Part shown: positions 51,901 to 64,000 of the stretch, in pieces
Position numbering within the stretch: position 1 is the first letter of the stretch
How the letters are laid out: every line of letters starts with the position of its first letter
Source of the DNA: Azolla caroliniana
Taxonomy: Eukaryota > Plantae > Polypodiophyta
Length of the DNA: 64,000 nt
Assembly (NCBI GenBank): GCA_043228905.1
Contig: JBHGNT010000003.1
Location: 1,178,001 to 1,242,000 of the forward strand
Direction: 5' to 3'
Translations under genes and position numbers: made by a program
The notes under the pieces: model-generated
Told to the model about the DNA's origin: nothing
Seen by the model: only the letters and a program-made list of their open reading frames with translations
Databases searched by the model: none

Positions 51901-54900
51901 CACCATGGAAACACCAGACATAAGAGCAAAATGAACCTCCATGGAAACACCATATTCAAGAACACAATTGATAATCATGATATGGTGAGAGCACCACAAT
52001 AAAAGGCACCATCTAAGGAAAGAAAACAGAATGAAGAGCACCACAAATCTGCCTCAATAACATTCATGTGATCTATGTTTGGGGGTTCAGCATAATCTGT
52101 AAAATCTCGGCAACCATTAAATGCTTAAGAAGCTCAATAGGTTCCTTAATATCTTGCTTACCAAGGTGCTGAGGATGTGGTGTCAGAAGAAGGGGTTGCA
52201 AATCAATGATGGGTATGTCATTGCTCCTGGTATAGTCATCAAATGCAACATGGGGCCTTATGATTTCGTCTTCCCATTCGAAATCTCGAAGTGTTAGCTT
52301 GCCTCTCTCATAGCAAGCTAGTGTATGCTTGTCCAATACTTCCTCAATCTCCATATCCATATCCATATCTCTCTCTCTCTCTCCTTCCTTCTACTCAATT
52401 ATGTGATTGAGCTGACCAGAGAAAGCAATGAGTTGTTTACTTATTTATGAAGTGTTTGTGTATATGTTGTGTCTAATCTTATCTCTTGTCCATCAGCTTC
52501 GAAAAACTTTGGGCGGGAGCCGAATCGAGTCGAGCCGAAAATCCATAATGTATGTATAGGAACCTACTTATGTAATTTCTATAAACTTATTAGCATATTA
52601 TCGGAAAAAAGAAACATTCCCCCAAAGAGGGGCTTGCTCCCAAGATGAGGTTAATTCATGGGTGCCTTCTATTCCATTTACACATGGTGTGTGTTGCGCC
52701 ACATCTCGAAAGTTTGGTGCATCACCCACTTTGTGGTGGACATCAAACATGAGTGGAAATGTAGATACTAGAGCCATCTGGAGGCCTAGGAAAGTTGCGT
52801 TTGGACTTGCTTGAATCTTTAATTCCGTTTGCATCATTGTGTCACATTTTGACGTCCTTTTCATCTTGTTCACGATGCATACATGAGGTAGAAAACGTAC
52901 AATGCACCATAGGTCACCCCTCCTCGTATTGGCCTTGAATAGGCTTTTGCCCATAGAAGAAATGTATTTCACCGATAAAAAAGTACATGCTTTTAAGAAG
53001 GGTGTTAAGTATCTTCCTAGAGGTAGTTTTGATACTAACATTTGTGGATTGTCACACAACCTTATTCATACAAAATCATCTCTTCAATTTTGCCATGCCA
53101 CCACATAGAACATCTTCTCATCCTCCATTATTCAATCGAAGAATATCAATAAGTAGCATGAACTCTTCTAGTCTCTTGGTAAAATAAGTTTCACATTTCA
53201 CCATATTGTTTTGAGGTTATCTTATTGAAGTGTATTGACAAGGCATCTAGAGGTGTGCCTAAAGGGCCCAAGTGGTATGAGAGCAAGTGATTGTAATTGT
53301 TAATGTTTTCTACACTGATGGAATTCCTAAATGACAAACTTAAACCTATTGAAGCAAACTGATTTGCATAATTGTCAAACTAATAAAAAAGCAAAGCAAT
53401 GGGTAAGCATAAATTCACCACCGGTGATCAACAAGAAGATAGATACAATAGAGCTTCTCTTCACTAAGTATTTAAGGAGGTTCGACTTAATGGATTTATT
53501 GGTAGGCACAACTTAATGAAAAACAACACATAGAAGATAGGTAGATATCTTAAAGACAAAAGAAGTATGATCATCTAATAACTACATCATGTAATGGTGA
53601 ATGCCTAGGATGGGCTACAAAACGTTGAATACATGAATCAAAGAAACATAGACATAAAAAAGACGTTAATCATACCACTTTGCAAACACAAAAAACTTGG
53701 TTGATGTGACATAAAACCATATGAGGTTAGCCTAGGCCCTAACCAATCTAAACTGAATAACACGTCAAATTAAACAGTATTGGACCCAAATTGGGGGTAC
53801 TTATATTCCTCAATGATTCATATTGTTTATTTGGGGTACTTATATTCCTCAATGATTCATATTGTTTATTTATTGGTTGTTTCTCTCCAATGTCCACGAG
53901 GCATGTAGGATATATAATTTATTAATTTCTCTTTGTCTTTTCCCATCTTAATAACATCTTGTTCCAAATTACATGCCAAATTGATTTCAACCTAACATAT
54001 ATATGGACGTTCTCAATTTCCAAAAGAACCAAGAATGTCTTTTTCTAGTATCAAGCATCCAACATTATTCTATAGCATGGACAGATTTGAATATTGTTCT
54101 TGTCAAAGTGAGATATTTTGCAAATTCATCTAAGGTAAATACTTTGCTAATCACAAGGAATAATATTACATAGCTTGCCATGTGTAAATGTGGGCTATGA
54201 AGTACATGGATGGGATTTGTTAATATCTAGATAAATGGACGATTATGTCAACATTATTCAATGGCTAGAACATCATATATGTCTTATTTTTACAATCTAT
54301 TGGATGATAAAGGAACATTGGGCAAGTGTTTGCAAGGTAGTTGATATGATGTAGGAATGGGCATAGAGAATGCAACCATAACATTAGTTCTCGTTATTTA
54401 ATTCAACATCTAAAGTTGGAGATTTGACTAGCTCAATCAATATCTTTTGTAAGAGAGCACTAATGCAATTAGTATGTTTATATTTAGTAAGAACTATACA
54501 TATTAGATATATGCCATGTATTAATAAGGTAAATTAGATGTCATGCTTGGATATGGACAAAATACTTCACATGACAACAAAATGTGAATGCATGTAACAT
54601 CGACAACGTAACCATGGGCATTTAGTTCTTGCAATTTAACCCAATATTAAACGCACTATATGTAATTATGTAATTATCCCACTTACATTTATGTAATTAT
54701 GACATGCAAGATATTAAACACTAGCAATATATTTATTTGTATACAAGAAGACCCTTGCTCTCTAAGAACCATGAAAAAATGTCTTTGTGGTTGGGATGAG
54801 CCACCGGATACACATTGATTAAAACAAATCGGGCATTCCTTGCTATAATGAGATGGCATAAAACAAAGGAACAACACATAGAAGGGCAGAACTTAGAAGG

Positions 54901-56304
54901 AAATGGGTCTATGCACATGAAGCTGATCAATGGGTGTTGCTTCTTGGAACCTTATAAACACAAGCAAAAAACTGCTCTTGCAATTTCCCTATTCTATTTT
55001 CTGCCACTGATTCATGTGAATAACTTTCTCAATATTTCCCTACCTGTCTTCACCCTTTGAATTTGCCATACCTCCTTTCAATTTTCATCAAGATTTGAAA
55101 TGTCATAGCATTCAAACTCCTTTACTAAATTCATAGTTTTTTAGCATGTAAGGTGTTTCACCTCTCAACTCTTACAAGCTTTTCATATTAACAGTCTTCA
55201 CACTCATATCATCAACATCCATTTTTCGATTTGGAATTCTGTAACTCCTTGTCAATATATCCATGGTTCCCTTTTAAGTACTCTAGTCACCAAACCATTC
55301 AGAGATTTATCCATTCTTATGACTTTTATTATATTCTGATCTTTTAGCCTTTCTTGCCCTCCAGAATGTTACTGCATGGTTGCACAACTTTGCTGAGGAT
55401 TGCCCAAAGTAAAGTAGTACCCTCCTATAAATGTTGTGAACACAATTGTGGTATGGATGGCATATCACGCTTCTATAACGAACCGAAGCCCCTCAATCTA
55501 GTCTTACTTCTCTGTCTTAACAAACCATTTTATCCAACATCTTGTCATAGTAGTGGCACCACATCTCCCCATGAAATTCCCTAATAGGCATAAAAAGAAG
55601 CCTGGACACATTACTCTCTCGATAGCAAAATGTTCTATCCTCACTTTTCTTTAGTAAACTGTTTTTACTTAGATCAGCAATTGTTTTTTTAAACTGTGAA
55701 CTATACCCTAATCCAAAATCTGTATCAGCAATAGCATCTGTGCACAAACCTGTGATAGGTAGTATTTCCCTTCTTCCTGTCGAGCAAAATATTTCTGCAA
55801 ATTATGTCGCATGCACTAGCATTTGGGTTTTATCAGGCATTGATATTATAATGTCATCAGATGATGATCTACATACTCAATTTTACTAAGTATGATGGAT
55901 ACGTATTGATCATGCTAGGTATTTTCATTAAAAAGTACCTTAGAAGGACTCAGCTGAAATAATATAATATCACCGACTTAAAGTAGTACTACCACCCCCT
56001 TGGTTGAGCAGATAAAGTTGTGAATAAAGATATCCAATAAATAAAATCTATTACACAATGAAAAGCGAGTTACACCTCTGAATAGAAATTACTTGTTTCT
56101 TCTATACAAGCAAAGCAAACGGTGCGTACAGTTCATTCCCCACATCCATGGGTTTTATACAAAATACAATCCACTTAAAAGCCCCATGAAGGTCACTCAA
56201 GATTTCAGACACATTAATGGAAAACTGTGGCAAATTCACATTTTGTGAAATATCCATTCAAGCAAAAGCAAAAAATATTTATATATTTCACCTAAGGAAA
56301 CCTT

Positions 56305-57255
56305 TTAAGCTCTTGGGTCCATTCCATGTTGCCATACATATACGAGTTCATCCCATGCACTACTAGCGAGCAGACCTTCAACAAGAATGCTCATATCAAG
56401 ACCTACTACAAACTCAGTGTGATGATCATACCTAGCAAGCAAAGCATCTTCAGGAGCCCGATAATCCCACATACACATGGTCATATCATAAGAGCAGGAA
56501 GCAATCAAATTCTCATGATGAGGCGAGAATTTTACTCTTCTAACCGCATAGGTATGACCTTGCATAACGGTGACTGGTTGTCTATGGTTTCTCACATCCC
56601 ATACTCGAATAGACTTATCAACCGAACCTGTAACGATCAAAGAATCATTGTACTTGTTCCAGTCACATCCTAGGATCTCATACTCATGGGCCGGAACAAC
56701 AAGGATCGCATTGGGCTCTCTCACATCCCAACACCTAAGTGTACAATCCCCCGAGACCGAGGCAAAAATGTCGGCATGACGTGGGTTCCATGTGGCATTA
56801 TACACGCAATATGTATGTTCACGGAACGTGCGAAGCGATTGTGGCCGGTCAATTGTCCAAAGCTTAACACTGTCGTCCCAAGAAGAGCTAAGAAAACAAT
56901 CTTTACGAATAGGATTAGAGTCAACAGATGATACCTCATGTGTATGTTCTTCCAGACTCCGGATAGGGTTGGCTAAGGGTGGTGCAAATAAATCCCATAT
57001 CTTGAGGCTACCATCACCACTCGCAGAGAGAAGGATGTTCTCATTGTTTTCAGACCAGGCGCAATCATAGAGGCCATCGTTTGTATTGAATGAGATAACT
57101 TCCACGATGCTCCCATTAGGAGCGAGTTCGAGGACATGCTGGCGTCCATTACCGACTATGCCGAAGTTTTGGGCAGTGGCCACAGCCAGCCGACTCTCAA
57201 TGAAAGGGCTGAATTTGACCGAGTAGCCATTGAAGGGTGTCTTGAAGCTCGGCAT
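56305..57255 (-). CDS. PEX7: Peroxisomal PTS2 receptor PEX7 (WD40), 316 aa, single coding exon
   Basis: MPSFKTPFNGYSVKFSPF.ESRLAVATAQNFGI.GNGR N-terminus, six WD40 repeats, C-terminal VYVWQHGMDPRA typical of plant PEX7. The ORF is uninterrupted. Confidence 0.95.
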   Translation of the reverse strand: MPSFKTPFNGYSVKFSPFIESRLAVATAQNFGIVGNGRQHVLELAPNGSIVEVISFNTNDGLYDCAWSENNENILLSASGDGSLKIWDLFAPPLANPIRSLEEHTHEVSSVDSNPIRKDCFLSSSWDDSVKLWTIDRPQSLRTFREHTYCVYNATWNPRHADIFASVSGDCTLRCWDVREPNAILVVPAHEYEILGCDWNKYNDSLIVTGSVDKSIRVWDVRNHRQPVTVMQGHTYAVRRVKFSPHHENLIASCSYDMTMCMWDYRAPEDALLARYDHHTEFVVGLDMSILVEGLLASSAWDELVYVWQHGMDPRA

Positions 57256-57648
57256 GGCGATGGAGAAGCTCCCTTCCTTCTTTCTTCTTGGTTCTTCTTT
57301 TCGATCTTCTTCTTCGAGCTTGCTTCGTTTGCTTCACGTTCTCCTCTTCTTGAAACCCTTTTGTTTCTCTCTCTTTCTCTCTCTCGACTTCTTCGTTTTC
57401 TTCCTCTTCTTCTGCACTACAGAGATCCCAGGAATTCAACTTCTTCTCCTTGATCTTACACAAATGTTGCTTCTTCTCCTCCTCCTCCTGCTCCTGCTCT
57501 TCTGTTTGTCTGTCTTTCTTCCTTCCTTCCTCTGCTTCGCCGATCTCTGTGTGTTTCTTCTGTGGGTGTGGTGGGGGAGGTCGTGTTTTTCTTTATCTTC
57601 TGTTTTTTTGTGGGTCTATTTTTACGCAAAGCATCTTCTTCTTCTTCT

Positions 57649-57685
<37 letters not shown>

Positions 57686-57688
<3 letters not shown>

Positions 57689-59492
57689 AGGGAGGCAAAG
57701 GAGTGGCTATTGGGGATACGCAAGTTAGTCTCTTACTCTACGCAGACGACATTGTCTTGCTCTCGGAGTCGGAACACGACCTACAAAAGCATCTTAATGC
57801 CCTAGATGACTTTTGTACACAACGAGGACTGGTAGTGAATCTAGCGAAAACTAAAGTCCTTATCTTTCATACATCGTCCAGAGTTAGGAGTAAATGTCAC
57901 CTCATCCTCTCTCATAAACTAGTTGAGGTGGTGGGATCTTATGTATACTTGGGAGTCACTTTTAGTGCTCGCTCAGGTAAATTCTCGATGACCCAGGCAG
58001 CCAAAGATAGGCTAACGAGAGGATATGCATCCCTCTCACTCTTAGAGAGACAATGCCACCAAGCATACTTTCAAGAGCCACGGACTAAGGGATGGCTTTT
58101 CGACTCATTAGTGACCCCGTCCCTCATGTATGCATCAGTAGTATGGGCTCCAGGTCTACCATCTTTCATGTGGACGCAATTGGAGAGACCTTTAGTGGTG
58201 ATGTTATCACGTCAACTCCGAAGCAAATCGACAGTACCACATGACATTATTAGAGCGGAGTTTAGCCTACCCCCGATGTTAGTAGAAGCACTCTTTCAAG
58301 TGGTAGCTTTTATTCATCGGATACATAGTCAACCACAAGATAGGATATCCCGTCGAGCCTTTGAGGCATCCCGATCCTTACATGTGTCTGGAGACACCAA
58401 CTCTTGGTATAGCATTGTGGTGAGTTGGTTATTTGCAAATGGCATAGACATCAATAACCTACCTCCCCTTAAGTACAACCATGGGACTGATCAAACTTTA
58501 ATCTCTCGTGAAGATCGTAATAAAGTGATACGCCAAGACATATGGCAAATCTACACTCGATACAAATGGATCACCCCACGAGAGCCACTCCCATCTAAAA
58601 TGGTGTACTATAAGGAACACTTCTTGCACTTCTCTAAGTTAGGGTTTATTACACGACCAAGATACCTAGATACTTTCTTATCAAATGCACTAAGGGTGGC
58701 CATTGGACAACTTAGGATATCATCTCACCAACTTGAGATTGAGAATGGTCGAGCTAATAGAGTCCCTAGAGAGGAAAGGCTATGTAGGTTATGCCACATA
58801 GAGATAGAGGATGAGTATCACTTCACATGCAAGTGCCCAACTTATGCCGAGATACGGGCGGAATACCAAGACATACTAGGACCCTCTCCCACCCTCTCCA
58901 AACTATTAGATACCCCGAGTGTAAAGAGACTAGGTAGGTATATCTTAGAGCTAAAACAACATAGGGAGGATAAATTACAAAGTGTTAATCATAACCCTTT
59001 TACTACTCATCAACATGTACCTAGTGTAATTTTTCAGGAACATGGGGAGACGATGAATGTGGATACACTTATGCCGCTCGGCCTCTCCCTTGAGGAAGCA
59101 GAAATACAAAGAGCAACCAAACGTCCTCGGATGTTGGGCTTCAACACAAGTCAACGTGGAGTAGAAAAGATTAAGAAGATAAGGGAACGTGAGCTACGCC
59201 GACTCGAAGCTATGGTTGGGGTACCTCTTACATGGGGACCACGGGCCACATCCACATGGCAACCCTTTGACCCCCCGCTTCTCTTCGAGAGACTTGGATG
59301 GAAATGAAATTAGGCCTAGTATAGAATCATTCTCATTGTAGAACATGTTTGTTGTTTTCTTAGAACTATTTAGCTTAAACTCTATTTTATCTTATTTTTA
59401 TTTTTACTTTCGATGAATGGGTAAATATCCCATTTTTGTTGTACACCATTTGTCTCATGGGCCAATTTTGGCCTTAGAAGACGTTAATATAT
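57686..59492 (+). mobile_element. 5'-truncated non-LTR retrotransposon (RTEX-like LINE): RT C-terminal half plus C-terminal Cys/His domain
   Basis: Open frame to 59307 with LLYADDIVL, VNLAKTKV, YVYLGV and LRISSHQLEIENGR...ERLCRLC...EDEYHF..KCP. Begins right after (CT)n and ends ...GAAGACGTTAATAT followed by a CT-rich tract. Confidence 0.88.
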
Positions 59493-59849
59493 CTTTCTTT
59501 CTTTCTTTCTCTCTCTCTCTCTCTCTCCCTATCTCTGTCTCTCTCTGTCTCTCTCTACTCTCTCTCAACCTCTCTCTTCTCAACATGGTGTCTTCTCTTC
59601 TCTTTTGAATGAGTGATTCTCTTGGGAGAACCTTTCCGATGATATGATATGATATAATACGATATTCTACGATCCGATCGACGATGGCCTCCTCTCATTC
59701 ATTCATACACAATGAAACAGCGCGAACTATCGACCGAAACATTCAAGACATCCTTCACTGATTGCCTGCCCGAAACCGTTAATGCTCAAGGACCCTTACT
59801 TCTAACCTTGCTCGAAAAGTTTTCTGTCTCCTGCGTAACCAGCAACGTT

Positions 59850-60108
59850 TGATTTGTACTCTTTTGGATAGGAAACAAGTTTTTACTATAGGTGCTCAAG
59901 TTAAAACCGACGATTTGTACTCTTTTCAACAAGGAGCAAGTTGTTACTATTGATGACCAAGTGCAAAACCGGCCATGTTTGATTTGTACTCTTTTCAAGA
60001 GGGAGCAAGTTGTTGCTATAGGCGATCAAGTGTAAAACCGGTGATTTGTACTCTTTTCAACAAGGAGCAACTTGTTACTATAGGTGATCAAGTGTAAAAC
60101 CGGTGATC
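59850..60108. repeat. ~60-70-bp tandem repeat, 4 copies
   Basis: GATTTGTACTCTTTTCAA.A.GGAGCAAGTTGTTACTATAGG.GATCAAGTG.AAAACCG repeated. Confidence 0.85.
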
Positions 60109-62138
60109 TAGGTGTTCTCATTTTTAGGAACTTTGTAATCTAGGGAACCTATCATTCTTTAATAGTAATGACAAGATATTGCATTAATTGTGAAGCTTCA
60201 ATGAGGATAGCGTGCTTGATTTGCAAGTATCATGTTTGGTATCAAGACTTGTCTATTGTGTCATCTTCATAGACAATCGTCATAATCCATATTTTAAGTT
60301 CATTGTTGACTCTTACGAGATTGTGAGTTCGTTGTAAATTTGCAAGATATTCTCTATATATAGCACAATTGAACATGCTTGCAAATAACAATGAGTAAAT
60401 ACAACCTCCGATGGAAAAGATGGTCTTAGTGTCAACCATAAGTTTGTCCATCTTCTCTGAAATCAAGTTCATGTCATGAAGGAGATTACATTCAATGGAA
60501 CAAGGCCATTGGAATTGTGCATGTTTTCATACACAATATAAGGCAAATGTTTAAGGTTAACTATCATGTTTAGTGAGAGAAAAATTGCTTAATGATAAAC
60601 TCCAACTCTATATTGTGAAATGAAATGAAACAATATTATTAACATATTTGAAAGGTTAGAATGACTTATGAGACCAATGAGATTATATCCATGGGAGATG
60701 CAATCGTCAAGTGAGATGAGCTTCTCAAGTTAGGTTGACCTTAACTACACTGACCATTTTAGTATGATTTGGGGGATATGTCAATGTATGAATGACTAAG
60801 ACACGAGAGTATAAGAAGAAGAAAAAGAGATTAACATGAAGCATTATGAGGAAGCTACTAAGAAATGTAAACTCAACTTGACCCTAAGCTTCTATACATT
60901 CTTTTTGTACTTGCAGGCTGATTCATGCTCAAGAATAAACGCATAAAACCCAAGAATGGCCAATCTATAATGCAAGCAATAAAGAGCTAGTAGATGGGGA
61001 TGTCATGACTTTAGCATCATATCGACAGTGGCAATACTGCTAAGGCTATCCTAAACATAATGGACACATGGATAATGCAATTTGATGCATAGCATATATA
61101 AATTGGTCCACTGATACCTTCAAGAGTGTGTACTTTCCACAAATTGAGAATATTAGTAACCTTCCTTACTATCTCCATAATGAATATGGTAGAATGTGTA
61201 AAGAAACTCTGTGGTCATGCCACGTTCAATATGCTACACTTTACAACGGCCTTTGTCTCTTTAAGACATCTTGATCAATTTTCAGCTTCATTAGTGTGTG
61301 ATCATGAATCTTAAATAAGCAACTAGTGACTAGACTTACCATGATTATTACATACAAATTAAAGAATTTCTTATATAATAATAGTAATGCTCAGCTATTC
61401 ATGACACGTGGTTAACCAATAACACCTCCAAGATTATCTCACACACCATTGGCACAACTTTTAAGACCGAATATATCTTTACTTGCTGCACTTACTAAAT
61501 CCAAAAACCAGACAAATAAATAAATAAATCCATGAGTTCAAAGCCGTATAAGCATAACTGATATGATCAAATATCTCTCTTCTGGTTACACTTACTGAAT
61601 GCACAACTAAAATATTTGGATGTAAGAAAGAGAAAAACAAAAGTAAAGGCAGAACTTCAAAGATATTGATGACCATTGACTACAATGTTAATGCAAGAAT
61701 ATAATTTCCTTATTAAACATAATTTCATGAATATTATGACACACAACAATCAAATATCTTTTCAGGTTGCAGAGCTGAATGTTAAAAAGAGACGCAAATA
61801 TGGCAAAGCCATAACTTCAAATCAATCAATGACAACATTTCCATAATTATAATATACAATGTACGAAAAGAAATTCCGTATACACATAAATGTTATGATA
61901 CAGTTACAGAATCCACAATAAGCATTTTTAACATGTTGATGCGAAAAAGACAACACTTCCCATGATGATAATATACAACACAAGAAAAGAATTTCCCTAC
62001 ATATATATAAATGTTAAGGTCAAATATCTTTTCTGGATACTGTTACCGAATCCAAAAAATACGAACTTGTGTATTTTGATGAGAAAATAAAGTAAAGCCA
62101 TAACTTGCAAGAGAGGTTCATAGAGTCTTACTTGACTG

Positions 62139-62649
62139 TCACTGAACCGGAGGATAAGGGTTATACGCGAGACCTTCCAGAATAAGTAGCTCATCCAGAA
62201 GTAAACTCTTCTCACCTTCTAGTTGTTTTACTTCATTATCAGTCATCTCCAGCTCTTCAGCAAGCCTAATGCTTTCTAACTCTAAATTCGTAAATTTCCT
62301 TTTTAAAACCCTATACATATTGCGACTATCTTTGTCAGTCATATTCGTCGAATCTATTATTGATCTAACAACAGGTTTCTTCGATGATGTTGCTAGCATC
62401 GATTTATCATAATTATCTGTCACATACTGCACTTTGTCTGTTTCCGGTACGTTTTTCTTCTTTGGCCTTTTGGATGTCTTAACTGAATCAGATTTTCTTG
62501 TATTGCTGTCAAAAAACTGTGAAGGGGCCTTCGGCTGAAGAAGACCAACCTGTTTTCTTGGTGGCTTTGCCTTAGGTCTCTGGAAGGAATGCTCAGAAAA
62601 CCCAAAAGGATCCTGCATTTGCCTATTGATCCTCAGATCTAAGCGAAAT
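62139..62649 (-). CDS. Terminal/main coding exon of a small basic protein with a C-terminal coiled coil
   Basis: 159-aa ORF from ATG 62618, open back to a CAG acceptor at 62650. Lys-rich NLS-like KRPKKK. The C-terminus YRVLKRKF..LE.ES..L..EL...EVKQLEGEK..LLDEL..LEGL resembles a plant-conserved, INO80E/TFPT-like coiled coil. Confidence 0.65.
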
Positions 62650-63614
62650 CTGTAAGATGCAACACAAGTTGATAAGAGTTAACACTTAACGTCTGATTTT
62701 ACAAATTGAGAATGATGGGTAAATACCAATCTAATACCTATTCTATTAAATTTTTAACATTGCATAATGTCTTAAGGTGGTGTGAACACTCTTAACCATG
62801 TTAAGAACAAGCACATAAAAAGCAATGTCCAAGTTCATATCATGAACTCAATAATGGAGGCAGAATGAAATTGAAAGCATGCTAATGTGGCTAACACGTT
62901 AAACACCAGTGAATTAACATTAAACCTGCAAAGACTTTAGGTGGAAGGCACAATTGGTAAGTAGAGGAATTTAAAAGATTTCTGTTTCATCATATTAAAC
63001 ACCATCTTCTACAATAGAAATAAGGTTGATAGGTCATTAGGGAGCATACCCACTTTTTTTATATGTAAATACAGACTGCAATCAGCTTGCCATCACATGG
63101 ATGAAAACATCATCAGCATGCATGTCCTCTTAAATGAAAGTAAATTATAGACAAAAATAATCCACTGTTACAAATCAAGCCATTCAGTTGTGTAGAACAT
63201 CAGGTTATGAACAGCAAGATACAGTCATGGGGCATATTCATCGCCACCTAAAGCAGTATCAATGTGGTACAGTCAGCTCATTACCACTTGATCAGAAAGC
63301 TGAAGAATAATAAACAACATGTCTTGCATGTCTATCAATCAAGAGATTTTGGCCTTAAATTCTCTTTCACTACATGATCGAAAACCTTAAGACTAAACCA
63401 TATCTTGCATGTGTATCGGGATGATAGGAAAAAGAAACTTTGAGTGTTCAGGCCGACAATTAAAGTACAATTGTGGTGAATACCTAGAGGAGTGATGAGA
63501 GGAGCACCTCATTGTCAAATGTGGAGCAATTCCAGCAGTATAAGATAACATAGTCAGCTTTTGGTGTTTAGTGATAACATTCCAGTAGATTGTTAACGAA
63601 TATAAAGTTGTAGA

Positions 63615-63653
<39 letters not shown>

Positions 63654-64000
63654 AGAGTTGTAATTCATGAACTATGACAAACAGCTGCTGAACCTTGACT
63701 ACATTTGATAGGCATTGAGCATTACCTACCCTTGATCAGCAGCAAGTTCTTGGTAGTTTCAGCTGGCAAGGCAGATCATTGAGGAGCTAACATAAGCCTT
63801 TCAAAACTCTAATATATTGTCAGTTATATATATAAGGCAAAACTTATGGGCGAGAAACTTCAAGTAGAGGAGACAATGGAATAGAACTCAAAATTTACAT
63901 GCCTCATCTAATAGAGATGGAACTATTGTGGTTAAGAGGCTAATACAAATGACGGATATGGTGGCCAACCAAGTTACATGATTGCAACTCCTCTTCATCC

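Larger units (their letters stand above)
44395..52366 (-). pseudogene. 2-oxoglutarate/Fe(II) dioxygenase (DOXC class) pseudogene, 4 exons, last exon split by a Gypsy element
   Basis: Exons 52366-52162, 51752-51374, 50352-50004, 49433-49228 + 44431-44395. Motifs IPIIDL, GFFQVANHGVP, NHYRKCPQP, PHTD, YQDEIGGLQV, VNVGDILQVWSN...HRV...RYS. Stops TGA 51531-51529, TGA 51483-51481, TAG 49295-49293. Confidence 0.88.

Noticed and set aside
52560-55800. Possible highly decayed transposase or gene fragments (ORF 52598-53059 and others)
   Set aside because: Looks like degenerate coding DNA, but I could not recognise any motif, termini or consistent frame. Needs a translated search.
57562-57685. N-terminal TM/Ser-Leu extension of the 581-aa ORF suggesting a host-LINE fusion protein
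   Set aside because: The start is a GTG inside the CT-rich PEX7 upstream region. The extension is microsatellite read-through into a 5'-truncated LINE.

Overview
Repeat-rich eukaryotic DNA from a land plant. The gene types and transposon spectrum suggest a seed-free vascular plant such as a fern, which is inference only. Host genes: two intact 3-exon CYP85-clan (CYP716/CYP725-like) P450s (18788-20443 +, 38230-39902 -), a 2-oxoglutarate dioxygenase pseudogene (44395-52366 -) with three nonsense codons and a Gypsy insertion, a single-exon PEX7 (56305-57255 -), and a short coiled-coil protein exon (62139-62649 -). Mobile DNA: two near-identical ~6-kb microsatellite-filled DNA-transposon copies in inverted orientation (6526-12606, 27708-33756), a full-length decayed hAT, a chromovirus Gypsy, a non-chromovirus Gypsy with tRNA-Ala PBS and 4-bp TSD plus an internally deleted relative, two RTEX-like LINE copies sitting in (CT)n tracts, and LTR remnants. 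Main discovery: the 8-bp target-site duplications of the two inverted 6-kb elements are reciprocally swapped. This shows that the 15.1-kb segment 12607-27707, which carries one P450, has been inverted. Undoing the inversion rejoins a split LTR retrotransposon and makes both P450s and the 2OGD co-oriented. An assembly flip cannot be excluded from sequence alone.
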